DNA of 64,000 nucleotides from an uncultured Aquiluna sp. (GTDB lineage Bacteria; Actinomycetota; Actinomycetes; Actinomycetales; Microbacteriaceae). The number at the start of each line of letters is the position of its first letter. The first letter of the stretch is position 1. The stretch is from assembly GCA_964350385.1 (NCBI GenBank), contig CAYGJH010000001.1, positions 106,777 to 170,776 on the forward strand. The letters are read 5' to 3'. Position numbers and translations under genes: made by a program. Below, in pieces: positions 43,357 through 51,311 of the stretch. Under the pieces are notes generated by a model. That model made no database searches. It had not been told where the DNA came from and was given only the letters and a program-made list of their open reading frames with translations.

Positions 43357-44285
43357 CAGCCTTCCCCCGCCATCAGTTTGTACAGCACGGCCATGCGCAC
43401 TGACAGGCCGTTCTTAACCTGCGTCAGCACGGCGCTGCGTGGGTCATCAGCAGCCTCGCTTGAAATCTCAAATCCTCGGTTCATTGGTCCCGGGTGCAGA
43501 ATTACGGTCTCCTTGCCTAGCATCTTGAACCTTTCACCAGAGAGGGACCACCTTGATGCGTATTCGCGTTCTGATGGGAAAAAAGTGCCCTGCATTCTCT
43601 CGCGCTGCACTCTGAGCATCATCACGACATCGGGTTTTTCGGCTAACGATTCCTCAAACGAGTGTGAAATCTTGCATCCCAAAGCGGCGAATGCTGTCGG
43701 AAGTAGTGTCTCTGGCCCCGCGAGAGTAACCTCTGCACCCAGCAGGCTAAGTAGCAGAACATTGCTGCGTGCCACCCTGGAATGTTGAATGTCACCAACA
43801 ATGAGCACTTTGATTCCAGCAAGGTCGCGGCCGGACGTTTTGAGTTGCCTAATCGTTAGCGCGTCCAGAAGGGCCTGAGTCGGGTGTTCGTGAGAACCAT
43901 CCCCCGCATTCACCACGGAGCCAGAGATCCAGCCCTTGGTCGAAAGGGTGTGAGCAGCACCACTCATGGGGTGGCGAATCACAATTGCGTCAGCCCCCAA
44001 AGCCTCCAAGGTCTGAGCCGTGTCTTTCAAACTCTCGCCCTTGCTCACAGAGCTGGTTGCTGCAGCAAAGTTGATTACGTCAGCACTGAGTCTTTTTGCT
44101 GCAATCTCAAAGCTGATGCGCGTCCTAGTTGAATTTTCATAGAAGAGGTTAACCACGGTCTTACCCCTAAGCGCGGGCAGCTTCTTGACCTCTCTATCGT
44201 TGACAGCTCCAAGCTCGTCAGCATTATCGAGTAACGCAATTGCTGAATCTAAATCCAATTCCCTTATTGAGGTGAGGTGCTTCAT
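43356..44285 (-). CDS. pyrB: Aspartate carbamoyltransferase catalytic subunit
   Basis: [36 protein letters not shown]. Confidence 0.98.
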   Translation of the reverse strand: MKHLTSIRELDLDSAIALLDNADELGAVNDREVKKLPALRGKTVVNLFYENSTRTRISFEIAAKRLSADVINFAAATSSVSKGESLKDTAQTLEALGADAIVIRHPMSGAAHTLSTKGWISGSVVNAGDGSHEHPTQALLDALTIRQLKTSGRDLAGIKVLIVGDIQHSRVARSNVLLLSLLGAEVTLAGPETLLPTAFAALGCKISHSFEESLAEKPDVVMMLRVQRERMQGTFFPSEREYASRWSLSGERFKMLGKETVILHPGPMNRGFEISSEAADDPRSAVLTQVKNGLSVRMAVLYKLMAGEG

Positions 44286-44812
44286 TGCTCAATCACCACC
44301 TGATCGGAACCATCCGTGTTTGCGAGCATCACGTTGACTCGTTCTGCTGCAGACGTCGGTAGATTCTTGCCAACGAAATCAGGTCTGATTGGCAATTCAC
44401 GGTGTCCGCGGTCTACCAAAACGGCTAGCTTTACCTGCCGCGGACGTCCAATGTCTACAAGAGCATCCAAAGCTGACCGGACGGTTCTGCCCGAGTAGAG
44501 TACGTCATCGACAAGAACCACAACCTTGTTGTCGATTCCGGAGGTTGGGATCTGCGTGGGACGGATTGCCCGTTCTGCGTTGAGTGAGTCATCGCGATAC
44601 ATGGTTATGTCCAGAACCCCGAGGTTCGATACGTACCCAGCATCAATTTCAGCGAGGCTGGCGTCTATTCGCTCAGCAAGCTCTACGCCCCGCGTGGGGA
44701 TGCCTAAAAGGACTAGATCTTGAGAGCCCGAGTTGGCTTCGAGAATTTCGTGAGAGATGCGCTTAATCGCTCTCGAGATATCGGAGCTATCCAGAACGGT
44801 GCGCAGCGGCAT
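44282..44812 (-). CDS. pyrR: Pyrimidine operon regulator / uracil phosphoribosyltransferase PyrR
   Basis: [38 protein letters not shown]. Confidence 0.98.
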   Translation of the reverse strand: MPLRTVLDSSDISRAIKRISHEILEANSGSQDLVLLGIPTRGVELAERIDASLAEIDAGYVSNLGVLDITMYRDDSLNAERAIRPTQIPTSGIDNKVVVLVDDVLYSGRTVRSALDALVDIGRPRQVKLAVLVDRGHRELPIRPDFVGKNLPTSAAERVNVMLANTDGSDQVVIEQ

Positions 44813-44818
44813 GAGCCT

Positions 44819-44852
44819 CTCCTTCTTCGCCTCGCCGGACGAATTTAAAGGA
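44819..44852 (-). promoter_or_regulatory. PyrR-binding stem-loop overlapping the pyrR Shine-Dalgarno
   Basis: Minus strand TCCTTTAAATTCGTCCGGCGAGGCGAAGAAGGA matches the UCCNGNGAGG PyrR loop consensus; TCCTT pairs with the AAGGA SD; -10 TATGCT upstream. Confidence 0.85.
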
Positions 44853-44875
44853 CATTTGGCTACAGCATAACAGCT

Positions 44876-45295
44876 CTAGATTGCTTCGCTACCTTTAGCC
44901 AGGCGAGCCAGAACTCCGTTGATAAATTTTGGTGAATCATCGGTCGAAAACTCACTTGCAAGATTCACGGCCTCGGATATAGCGACCTCATTTGGGACCT
45001 CTGGGTTGTGAAGTATCTCCCAAGCCCCCATTCTGAGAAGAGCACGATCGAGATTCGGCATTCTCTCCAGCTTCCAGCCTTCGGCTAGGTTCTGTAGCCT
45101 CGCGTCCAATGAGCTGAGCTCGGAAGTGACTCCCCTGACAAGAGTCTCTGCGTAGTCAAAGATTGCGTCTTGGTTCTGGCGTCCTTCGGCCGCTGTCTGG
45201 GCATTGGCTAGAAGTTCCATTGCGTCCAGCTTGTTTAGCTCTGCCGCGTAGAGAGCATCGAGGGCTCGTTTACGTGATTTACTGCGGCTACTCAA
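44876..45295 (-). CDS. nusB: Transcription antitermination factor NusB
   Basis: SRSKSRKRAL, WKLERMPNLDRALLR, FINGVL. Confidence 0.97.
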   Translation of the reverse strand: MSSRSKSRKRALDALYAAELNKLDAMELLANAQTAAEGRQNQDAIFDYAETLVRGVTSELSSLDARLQNLAEGWKLERMPNLDRALLRMGAWEILHNPEVPNEVAISEAVNLASEFSTDDSPKFINGVLARLAKGSEAI

Positions 45296-45859
45296 CTATT
45301 CACTCGCCCGGCCGAGGTACTCACCAGTTCGGGTGTCGACCTTGACCTTGGTGTTGTTCTCGATGAAAAGCGGAACTTGAATCTGGTGCCCGGTCTCCAG
45401 TGTTGCTGGTTTGGTTCCGCCAGTGGAGCGGTCACCCTGCAACCCCGGCTCGGTATAGGTGATCTCCAGAACCACTGATGGTGGAAGCTCAACATACAGC
45501 GGTGAGCCATCGTGGATTGCCACCGTCGCCATCTGGTTTTCGAGCAAGAAATTGGCGACTTCACCTACAACAGCTGAGTCGAGCGACATCTGGTCGTAGG
45601 TGCTGTTATCCATGAACACATACCCGCTGCCATCGTTGTAGAGGTACTGCATGTCACGCCTGTCAACCGTTGCCGTGTCGACCTTGACACCGGCATTAAA
45701 GGTCTTATCTACGACCTTGTCCGACTTTACGTTTTTGAGCTTTGTTCTAACAAAAGCAGGGCCCTTGCCTGGCTTCACATGTTGAAACTCGATGACACTC
45801 CAGAGCTGCCCGTCAATAAGCAGCACCATGCCGTTTTTTAGATCGTTTGAAGTTGCCAT
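45296..45859 (-). CDS. efp: Elongation factor P
   Basis: [30 protein letters not shown]. Confidence 0.99.
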   Translation of the reverse strand: MATSNDLKNGMVLLIDGQLWSVIEFQHVKPGKGPAFVRTKLKNVKSDKVVDKTFNAGVKVDTATVDRRDMQYLYNDGSGYVFMDNSTYDQMSLDSAVVGEVANFLLENQMATVAIHDGSPLYVELPPSVVLEITYTEPGLQGDRSTGGTKPATLETGHQIQVPLFIENNTKVKVDTRTGEYLGRASE

Positions 45860-45887
45860 GAATCTCCCTTGCTAAACCTGAAGCAGT

Positions 45888-46322
45888 TTAGCCCTTAGCT
45901 AGCTGCCTTAGCGCAAGGGCGTAGGAGTCGAACCCAAACCCAGCTATCTGGCCGGTAGCTACTGCAGCAATTACAGAATTCTGCCGGAACTGCTCACGGG
46001 CGTGAGGATTCGAAATGTGCACTTCAATCAACTTGACACCGCCAGAGGTCAGCGCGGCGCAGGCGTCCCTGAGCGCATAAGAGTAGTGAGTGAATGCTGC
46101 TGGGTTCAGTACGACAGGAGATTTAGTCTCCAGGGCCTCGTGAAGCCACCCAATCAGCTCGTCCTCACTGTTGGTTTGTCTGAAGTCGACCTCGCAACCA
46201 AGGCCATTGGCCGCCTCATTCAGCTTGCTCTCTAGGTCTGACAGTGTCGCAGTGCCATAGACATCGGGTTCTCTGACGCCGAGCAGATTTAGGTTGGGAC
46301 CGTTGAGAACGAAAATCTTCAT
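45888..46322 (-). CDS. aroQ: Type II 3-dehydroquinate dehydratase
   Basis: LNGPNLNLLGVREPDVYG, NPAAFTHYS, EVHISN. Confidence 0.97.
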   Translation of the reverse strand: MKIFVLNGPNLNLLGVREPDVYGTATLSDLESKLNEAANGLGCEVDFRQTNSEDELIGWLHEALETKSPVVLNPAAFTHYSYALRDACAALTSGGVKLIEVHISNPHAREQFRQNSVIAAVATGQIAGFGFDSYALALRQLAKG

Positions 46323-46331
46323 GGTCTTACG

Positions 46332-47366
46332 CTATTCCACAATCGCCTGATATGCCGTGAAAAGCAGCTCTGGAGTTGGAGCCGAGAGAATCGTGGGCTT
46401 ACCGATCTTGTCGAGGACAACAAATCTTAGGGACCCGCCCCTTGCCTTTTTGTCCCTTTGCATCACTTCGAGAAGCTGGGGCCACTTTTCAGCTTTGTAG
46501 GTAGTCGGCAGCCCTATCTTCTCAAAGACTCTTCGGTGCAGCTCAACATCTGATTCAGCTAGCTTGCCCGAGAGCATTGCCAATTCGGCGGCGAAAACCA
46601 TGCCAATTGATATCGCGGCTCCGTGACGCCACTTGTAGCGCTCAGCATGCTCTATGGCATGACCAAGGGTGTGGCCATAGTTTAGGAACTCTCGCTTTCC
46701 GGCCTCCTTGAAATCTTCGGTCGTAACTCTCTCCTTAATCGCAATCGACCTTCTGACAAGGTCGGCGAAAACATCAGAACTAGAGTCGGTGGCGCTTTCA
46801 TTGTCGAGAACAATTTCAAGGATCTCGGGGTCAGAGATAAAGCCGTACTTTACAAGTTCCGACATCCCTGCGAGCAGCTCGTTGCGAGGAAGGGTCTCTA
46901 GGGTGTCCAGATCAACAAACACCTTGGTCGGGAGGTGGAATACGCCAACCAGGTTCTTCCCCTCTTGAGTGTTCACCCCAGTCTTGCCTCCAATTGCGGC
47001 ATCGACCATCCCAAGCAGCGTTGTCGGAATTAGGTAAGTGCGAACTCCCCTGAGCCAAGTTCCTCCAACGAAACCTGCAAGGTCTGTGGTCGAACCTCCA
47101 CCCAGACCGATTACCGCATCGTTCCGGTGAAAGTCGGCCTGCCCCATGATGCCCCAGCAAAAAGCGGCAACTTCAACCCGCTTTGCCTCCTCGCTCTGCG
47201 GCACCTCAGCCAAGAGGGCCTCAAAGCCGCTTCGCACCAATGTTTCGCGAAGCAATTCTGCGGTGGCTGCCAGCGGTTGAGGGTGGATGATTAGTACCTT
47301 GCTAACGCCATCCAGGGACTTTGGAATCTCATCGAGAAGGCCTCGGCCGATCACGCTATATGACAT
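46332..47366 (-). CDS. aroB: 3-dehydroquinate synthase
   Basis: GLGGGSTTDLAGF, PTTLLGMVDAAIGGKTG, LNYGHTLGHAIE; start uncertain (47366 or 47384). Confidence 0.96.
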   Translation of the reverse strand: MSYSVIGRGLLDEIPKSLDGVSKVLIIHPQPLAATAELLRETLVRSGFEALLAEVPQSEEAKRVEVAAFCWGIMGQADFHRNDAVIGLGGGSTTDLAGFVGGTWLRGVRTYLIPTTLLGMVDAAIGGKTGVNTQEGKNLVGVFHLPTKVFVDLDTLETLPRNELLAGMSELVKYGFISDPEILEIVLDNESATDSSSDVFADLVRRSIAIKERVTTEDFKEAGKREFLNYGHTLGHAIEHAERYKWRHGAAISIGMVFAAELAMLSGKLAESDVELHRRVFEKIGLPTTYKAEKWPQLLEVMQRDKKARGGSLRFVVLDKIGKPTILSAPTPELLFTAYQAIVE

Positions 47367-47853
47367 CTCTAGCCTTACTCTCAAGCTCTTCGAGGACCAC
47401 CCGGATAGGCCGATTGGCCGTTACGACAGTCTCATCCGCTAATTGCCGATAGTACCCGAGTCGCTCCTCGTAAAGCCTCGACCACATCTCAGGATCTGAC
47501 TTGAGAAGTGGCCGCTTATCCAGGTTGATTCGAGCCAGCACCCAGTCGCTGTTGGTGTCTAAAAAGATAGTAGGAATACCTGTCAGTAGATCACGATTCT
47601 CCGCGGTGACTACCACTCCTCCGCCGGTCGCAATCACACCAGGGGTCATCAAAGCCTTCTTGAGTGCCTTTGTTTCGAGGGCACGAAATCTATCCTCGCC
47701 CTGTGTCTCGAAGATCTTGGTGATGGGGCCGTGGCTCGCACTAACCAAACGGTCGGTATCAATGAACTTCCGATCCAGCAGCTTTGCGAGCTTGCGGCCC
47801 AGTGTGGTCTTGCCGGCCCCCATGGGCCCAATTAGGACAATGGGATTGGTCAC
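47356..47853 (-). CDS. aroK: Shikimate kinase
   Basis: IGPMGAGKTTLG, GEDRFRALE, ATGGG, RPLL. Confidence 0.96.
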   Translation of the reverse strand: MTNPIVLIGPMGAGKTTLGRKLAKLLDRKFIDTDRLVSASHGPITKIFETQGEDRFRALETKALKKALMTPGVIATGGGVVVTAENRDLLTGIPTIFLDTNSDWVLARINLDKRPLLKSDPEMWSRLYEERLGYYRQLADETVVTANRPIRVVLEELESKARDVI

Positions 47854-49049
47854 TAGGGCTTAGAAATCTTTGACTTTAGGGTCTCAGGGATTGCAGCTAG
47901 GTATGCATCCATATTGCGCTTTGTCTCTGGCACAGAGTCGCCACCGAATTTTTCCAAGACGGCGTTTGCAATTACCAGGGCAACCATGGCCTCAACAACG
48001 ATTCCCGAAGCGGGCACTGCACAGACATCGCTGCGCTGGTGGTGAGCGGTGGTCTTCTCGCCGGAGGCGGTGTCAATGGTCTCGAGCGCTTTGGGAACAG
48101 TGCTGATTGGCTTCATTCCGGCACGAACACGAACAACCTCTCCGTTGCTCATTCCACCTTCAATCCCACCTGCCCGGTCGGTCTTTCGCGATACTTCACC
48201 GGCTTCACGAACTATTTCATCGTGCGCCATAGAACCCCTGCGCCTCGTGGTCTCTAAGCCATCACCAATCTCAACTGACTTCATCGCTTGGATGCCCATT
48301 ACGGCTGCTGAGAGCTGGGCATCTAGTCTTCGATCCCAGTGGACATAGCTGCCAACGCCAGGCGGCATGCCGTAGACGAGAGTCTCAACGACACCGCCAA
48401 GGGTGTCCCCCGAAGCGTGACAGTCGTCTATCTCGGCAACCATTGCGGCCGAAGCTTGTTTGTCAAAACAACGCAGCGGATCCGCGTCCAGCGCCTTTAC
48501 ATCCTTTGGTCTTGGCAGCGCCTCACTGGTATTGGCAACTGGTCCAATAGCAACGGTGTGGGTTACAAGCTCAATTCCCAGTTCCCTGAGAAAGTTCTGG
48601 GCAATTCTCCCCAGCGCAACCCTCGTAGCCGTCTCTCTTGCACTTGCGCGCTCGAGCACGGGTCTGGCCTCATCAAACCCATATTTCTGCATTCCTGTGA
48701 AGTCTGCGTGTCCGGGTCTAGGCCTGGTGAGTTTGGCGGCCCTACCACCCGTTAGCTCCGCCTCGTCAACTGGGGCTGCGCTCATCACAGTCTCCCATTT
48801 TGGCCACTCTGTGTTGGCGATTCTAAGAGCGACTGGACCACCCTGGGTGAGTCCAAAACGGATGCCTGTCGAGAGGGTTACCTCGTCCTGCTCGAACTTC
48901 ATACGCGCTCCACGGCCATAGCCGAGTCTCCTTCGAGCCAGTGCGTCTTGAATGTCTTCGGCTAAAACTGGCACACCCGCAGGCAGCCCCTCGATAACCC
49001 CGATTAGTTCGGGTCCATGGGATTCGCCTGCCGTCAGCCACCTAATCAT
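47853..49049 (-). CDS. aroC: Chorismate synthase
   Basis: [32 protein letters not shown]. Confidence 0.98.
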   Translation of the reverse strand: MIRWLTAGESHGPELIGVIEGLPAGVPVLAEDIQDALARRRLGYGRGARMKFEQDEVTLSTGIRFGLTQGGPVALRIANTEWPKWETVMSAAPVDEAELTGGRAAKLTRPRPGHADFTGMQKYGFDEARPVLERASARETATRVALGRIAQNFLRELGIELVTHTVAIGPVANTSEALPRPKDVKALDADPLRCFDKQASAAMVAEIDDCHASGDTLGGVVETLVYGMPPGVGSYVHWDRRLDAQLSAAVMGIQAMKSVEIGDGLETTRRRGSMAHDEIVREAGEVSRKTDRAGGIEGGMSNGEVVRVRAGMKPISTVPKALETIDTASGEKTTAHHQRSDVCAVPASGIVVEAMVALVIANAVLEKFGGDSVPETKRNMDAYLAAIPETLKSKISKP

Positions 49050-49053
49050 TTCT

Positions 49054-49815
49054 TTATTCTCCCACGACTAGTGCCGAGCGCATTGCAGCCACTACCGCCA
49101 CCTCATCATCTAGCGCGGACTCGAACTGCCCGGTTCTAAAAAGCCTTTGCTGCCCCACTGCCTGCCACAGCAGCATCTCGAGGCCTGAAATAAACGACGT
49201 GAAGTGAGAGCCGGAGTCCCTATTCGCATAGGCAACATCCAGGAGGACGCCTGGGTAAGTTGTTTTTAGCAGCGGGTTTAGGGCTCCTGCAGGCAATGTA
49301 GAAACCACGAGGTCGCATCGAAGGGCATCGTCCAGAGATGAAACTCTGCCGCCGTAGCTCTCGGTTATTGCCATAGCACGATCGCTATTTCTTGCCCAAA
49401 CGAAAACCTCGTTGTCCTCAAAAGCAACGGCAGCACTCCTGGCAGTTGCACCGTTGCCCAAGATACCCACCGTCTGAAAAGTGTTGTTTGCAACCGCCTG
49501 CTGAAGGCCCATGACATCGGTGTTGTAACCAAGCCAAGCATCAGACACTCGTATCAAGGTGTTTGCAGCTCGGGTCGAGATTGCTAGTGGGTGAAGTTGC
49601 TCTGCGACATCCAGCGCCTCTTCCTTCAGCGGCATCGTTAGCGAGAGTCCTTGCCAGCTTGGGCCCAGTGTAGAAACGAAGCCAGAGAGGCCACCGGCAA
49701 GCTCATGCGCCTCATAGCTTGCTTCAATGCCAGCGGCAGCGAAAGCTGCCCTGTGCAGCGCAGGAGACATTGAGTGGGCAATTGGCGAGCCCAGTACCGC
49801 GAAGTTACTAGTCAT
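49054..49815 (-). CDS. aroE: Shikimate dehydrogenase
   Basis: [32 protein letters not shown]. Confidence 0.94.
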   Translation of the reverse strand: MTSNFAVLGSPIAHSMSPALHRAAFAAAGIEASYEAHELAGGLSGFVSTLGPSWQGLSLTMPLKEEALDVAEQLHPLAISTRAANTLIRVSDAWLGYNTDVMGLQQAVANNTFQTVGILGNGATARSAAVAFEDNEVFVWARNSDRAMAITESYGGRVSSLDDALRCDLVVSTLPAGALNPLLKTTYPGVLLDVAYANRDSGSHFTSFISGLEMLLWQAVGQQRLFRTGQFESALDDEVAVVAAMRSALVVGE

Positions 49816-50890
49816 CCCAGCCCGGATTATCTCTCAGCCATTGCCTGTAGATCTCCGCCGCTCGCTCATGCTCAATAAGTGTCTCGGAGAAAACCGTCTC
49901 TCCGGTGGCTAAGTTGATGGCAACAAAGTAGAGCCAGTCGCCTGCTACTGGGTTGATAGCGGCATCAATCGCGGCCGCTCCTGGTGAGCTGATCGGCCCT
50001 GGCGGCAAACCGGGGAAGACATATGTGTTGTATGGGTTTGCGGTGTCCGCCAGACCCTCCTGAAAGCTCTCTATTGATCCCTCGTAGTAGTACTTCACCG
50101 TTGGGTCAGACTGAAGTGCGATGTTTTTCTCGAGTCTGTTATTGAAAACAGTGGAAATTTTGTACATGTCATCTTCGGCACGGCCCTCAAGCTGGATTAT
50201 TGAGGCAAGGGTGAGGTACTCAAAACCCTCCTCAGCGCCGATACCGTGCCCTTCGAGTTCGGCATCCATGCGTGCGAGCATCGTGCTAATTACAGTTTGC
50301 TCATCGACGCCCGGATCGAAGGTGTAACTGGCGGGAAATAGCCAGCCCTCCAGTGTTTCGCCAGGTCGTTCGATGTTGGCTAGCTCAATTGCCTCTAGGA
50401 GGCTGTCCTCAGATAGCCCAAGGTCAGTAACTAAGACGGCTACTATCTCAACCAGCTGGAGGCCCTCAGGAATCGTCACCTGCACAACAACCCTGTTCTC
50501 ACTAGCAAGCAGTATCTGAAGTGCCTCAAGGCCCGGTATCTGGGTGGGAAATTCGTAGTGACCTGGATAGATGGTGAGGTCAACATTGAGCATGTCTCTG
50601 TAGATGGCGTCAAAGCTCTTGATGACGTCAGCTTCCACAAGTTTGCGCGCTACATCTTCGCCGGTGTCACCTGGCTCAATGACAATTACCACGGGAGGAC
50701 CGGGATCGCCGTCGTAGTCTTCTACGCTGAAGCGACTGATAAGCGCCCCAACTCCGCCTTCAAAGGCGTCTCTGAAGGCTAAATAGGCGGCTGTAAGACC
50801 ACCACCGACAATGGCAATCGATACCATGGCAGCGATCCAGGAGCGGGCACGCTTTGGCTTTACCTCCGTGGCCTCGAATTCATCAAGCAT
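49808..50890 (-). CDS. mltG: Endolytic transglycosylase MltG (YceG)
   Basis: N-terminal TM, LEGWLFPASY, LASIIQLE, NPYNTY..PGLPPGPISSPG; start moved to MLDEF. Confidence 0.93.
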   Translation of the reverse strand: MLDEFEATEVKPKRARSWIAAMVSIAIVGGGLTAAYLAFRDAFEGGVGALISRFSVEDYDGDPGPPVVIVIEPGDTGEDVARKLVEADVIKSFDAIYRDMLNVDLTIYPGHYEFPTQIPGLEALQILLASENRVVVQVTIPEGLQLVEIVAVLVTDLGLSEDSLLEAIELANIERPGETLEGWLFPASYTFDPGVDEQTVISTMLARMDAELEGHGIGAEEGFEYLTLASIIQLEGRAEDDMYKISTVFNNRLEKNIALQSDPTVKYYYEGSIESFQEGLADTANPYNTYVFPGLPPGPISSPGAAAIDAAINPVAGDWLYFVAINLATGETVFSETLIEHERAAEIYRQWLRDNPGWDD

Positions 50891-51311
50891 CAAGATCTCC
50901 AATCCTGATTGCAGATTGTCCCGATTGAAGTGCGAAGTCCAAAATTGCCCTTGCGCTCTCGGCGTCAATCATCGACTTTGACTGTTTGGCATTCCTCCCC
51001 GCCTCGCGCAGCAAACGCTGAGAGGAGACTGTAGACAGCCGCTCATCGATTACAAAAACGTCAGCGGGTGTTTGCGTCGCAAGTTCACGAGCAAAATCGG
51101 CCGCCATCTCCGTGCTTTTGGTGCGATCTCCCGACAGGGACAACGGGAGCCCTACATAAATCTTGTCGACACCCTTTTCAGAGGCGAGTTCAGCCAGCAG
51201 CCTTGCCGTCGATTCGTCAACGGCCACGGTGGAATGTGCCAGAGCAAGGGAACCCTCAGAGAGTGCCACTCCGATTCGGACGGCCCCAACGTCTATACCC
51301 ATTGCCCTCAA
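50883..51311 (-). CDS. ruvX: RuvX/YqgF putative pre-16S rRNA nuclease
   Basis: GIDVGAVRIGVA, VGLP, DERLST; located after alaS. Confidence 0.94.
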   Translation of the reverse strand: MRAMGIDVGAVRIGVALSEGSLALAHSTVAVDESTARLLAELASEKGVDKIYVGLPLSLSGDRTKSTEMAADFARELATQTPADVFVIDERLSTVSSQRLLREAGRNAKQSKSMIDAESARAILDFALQSGQSAIRIGDLDA

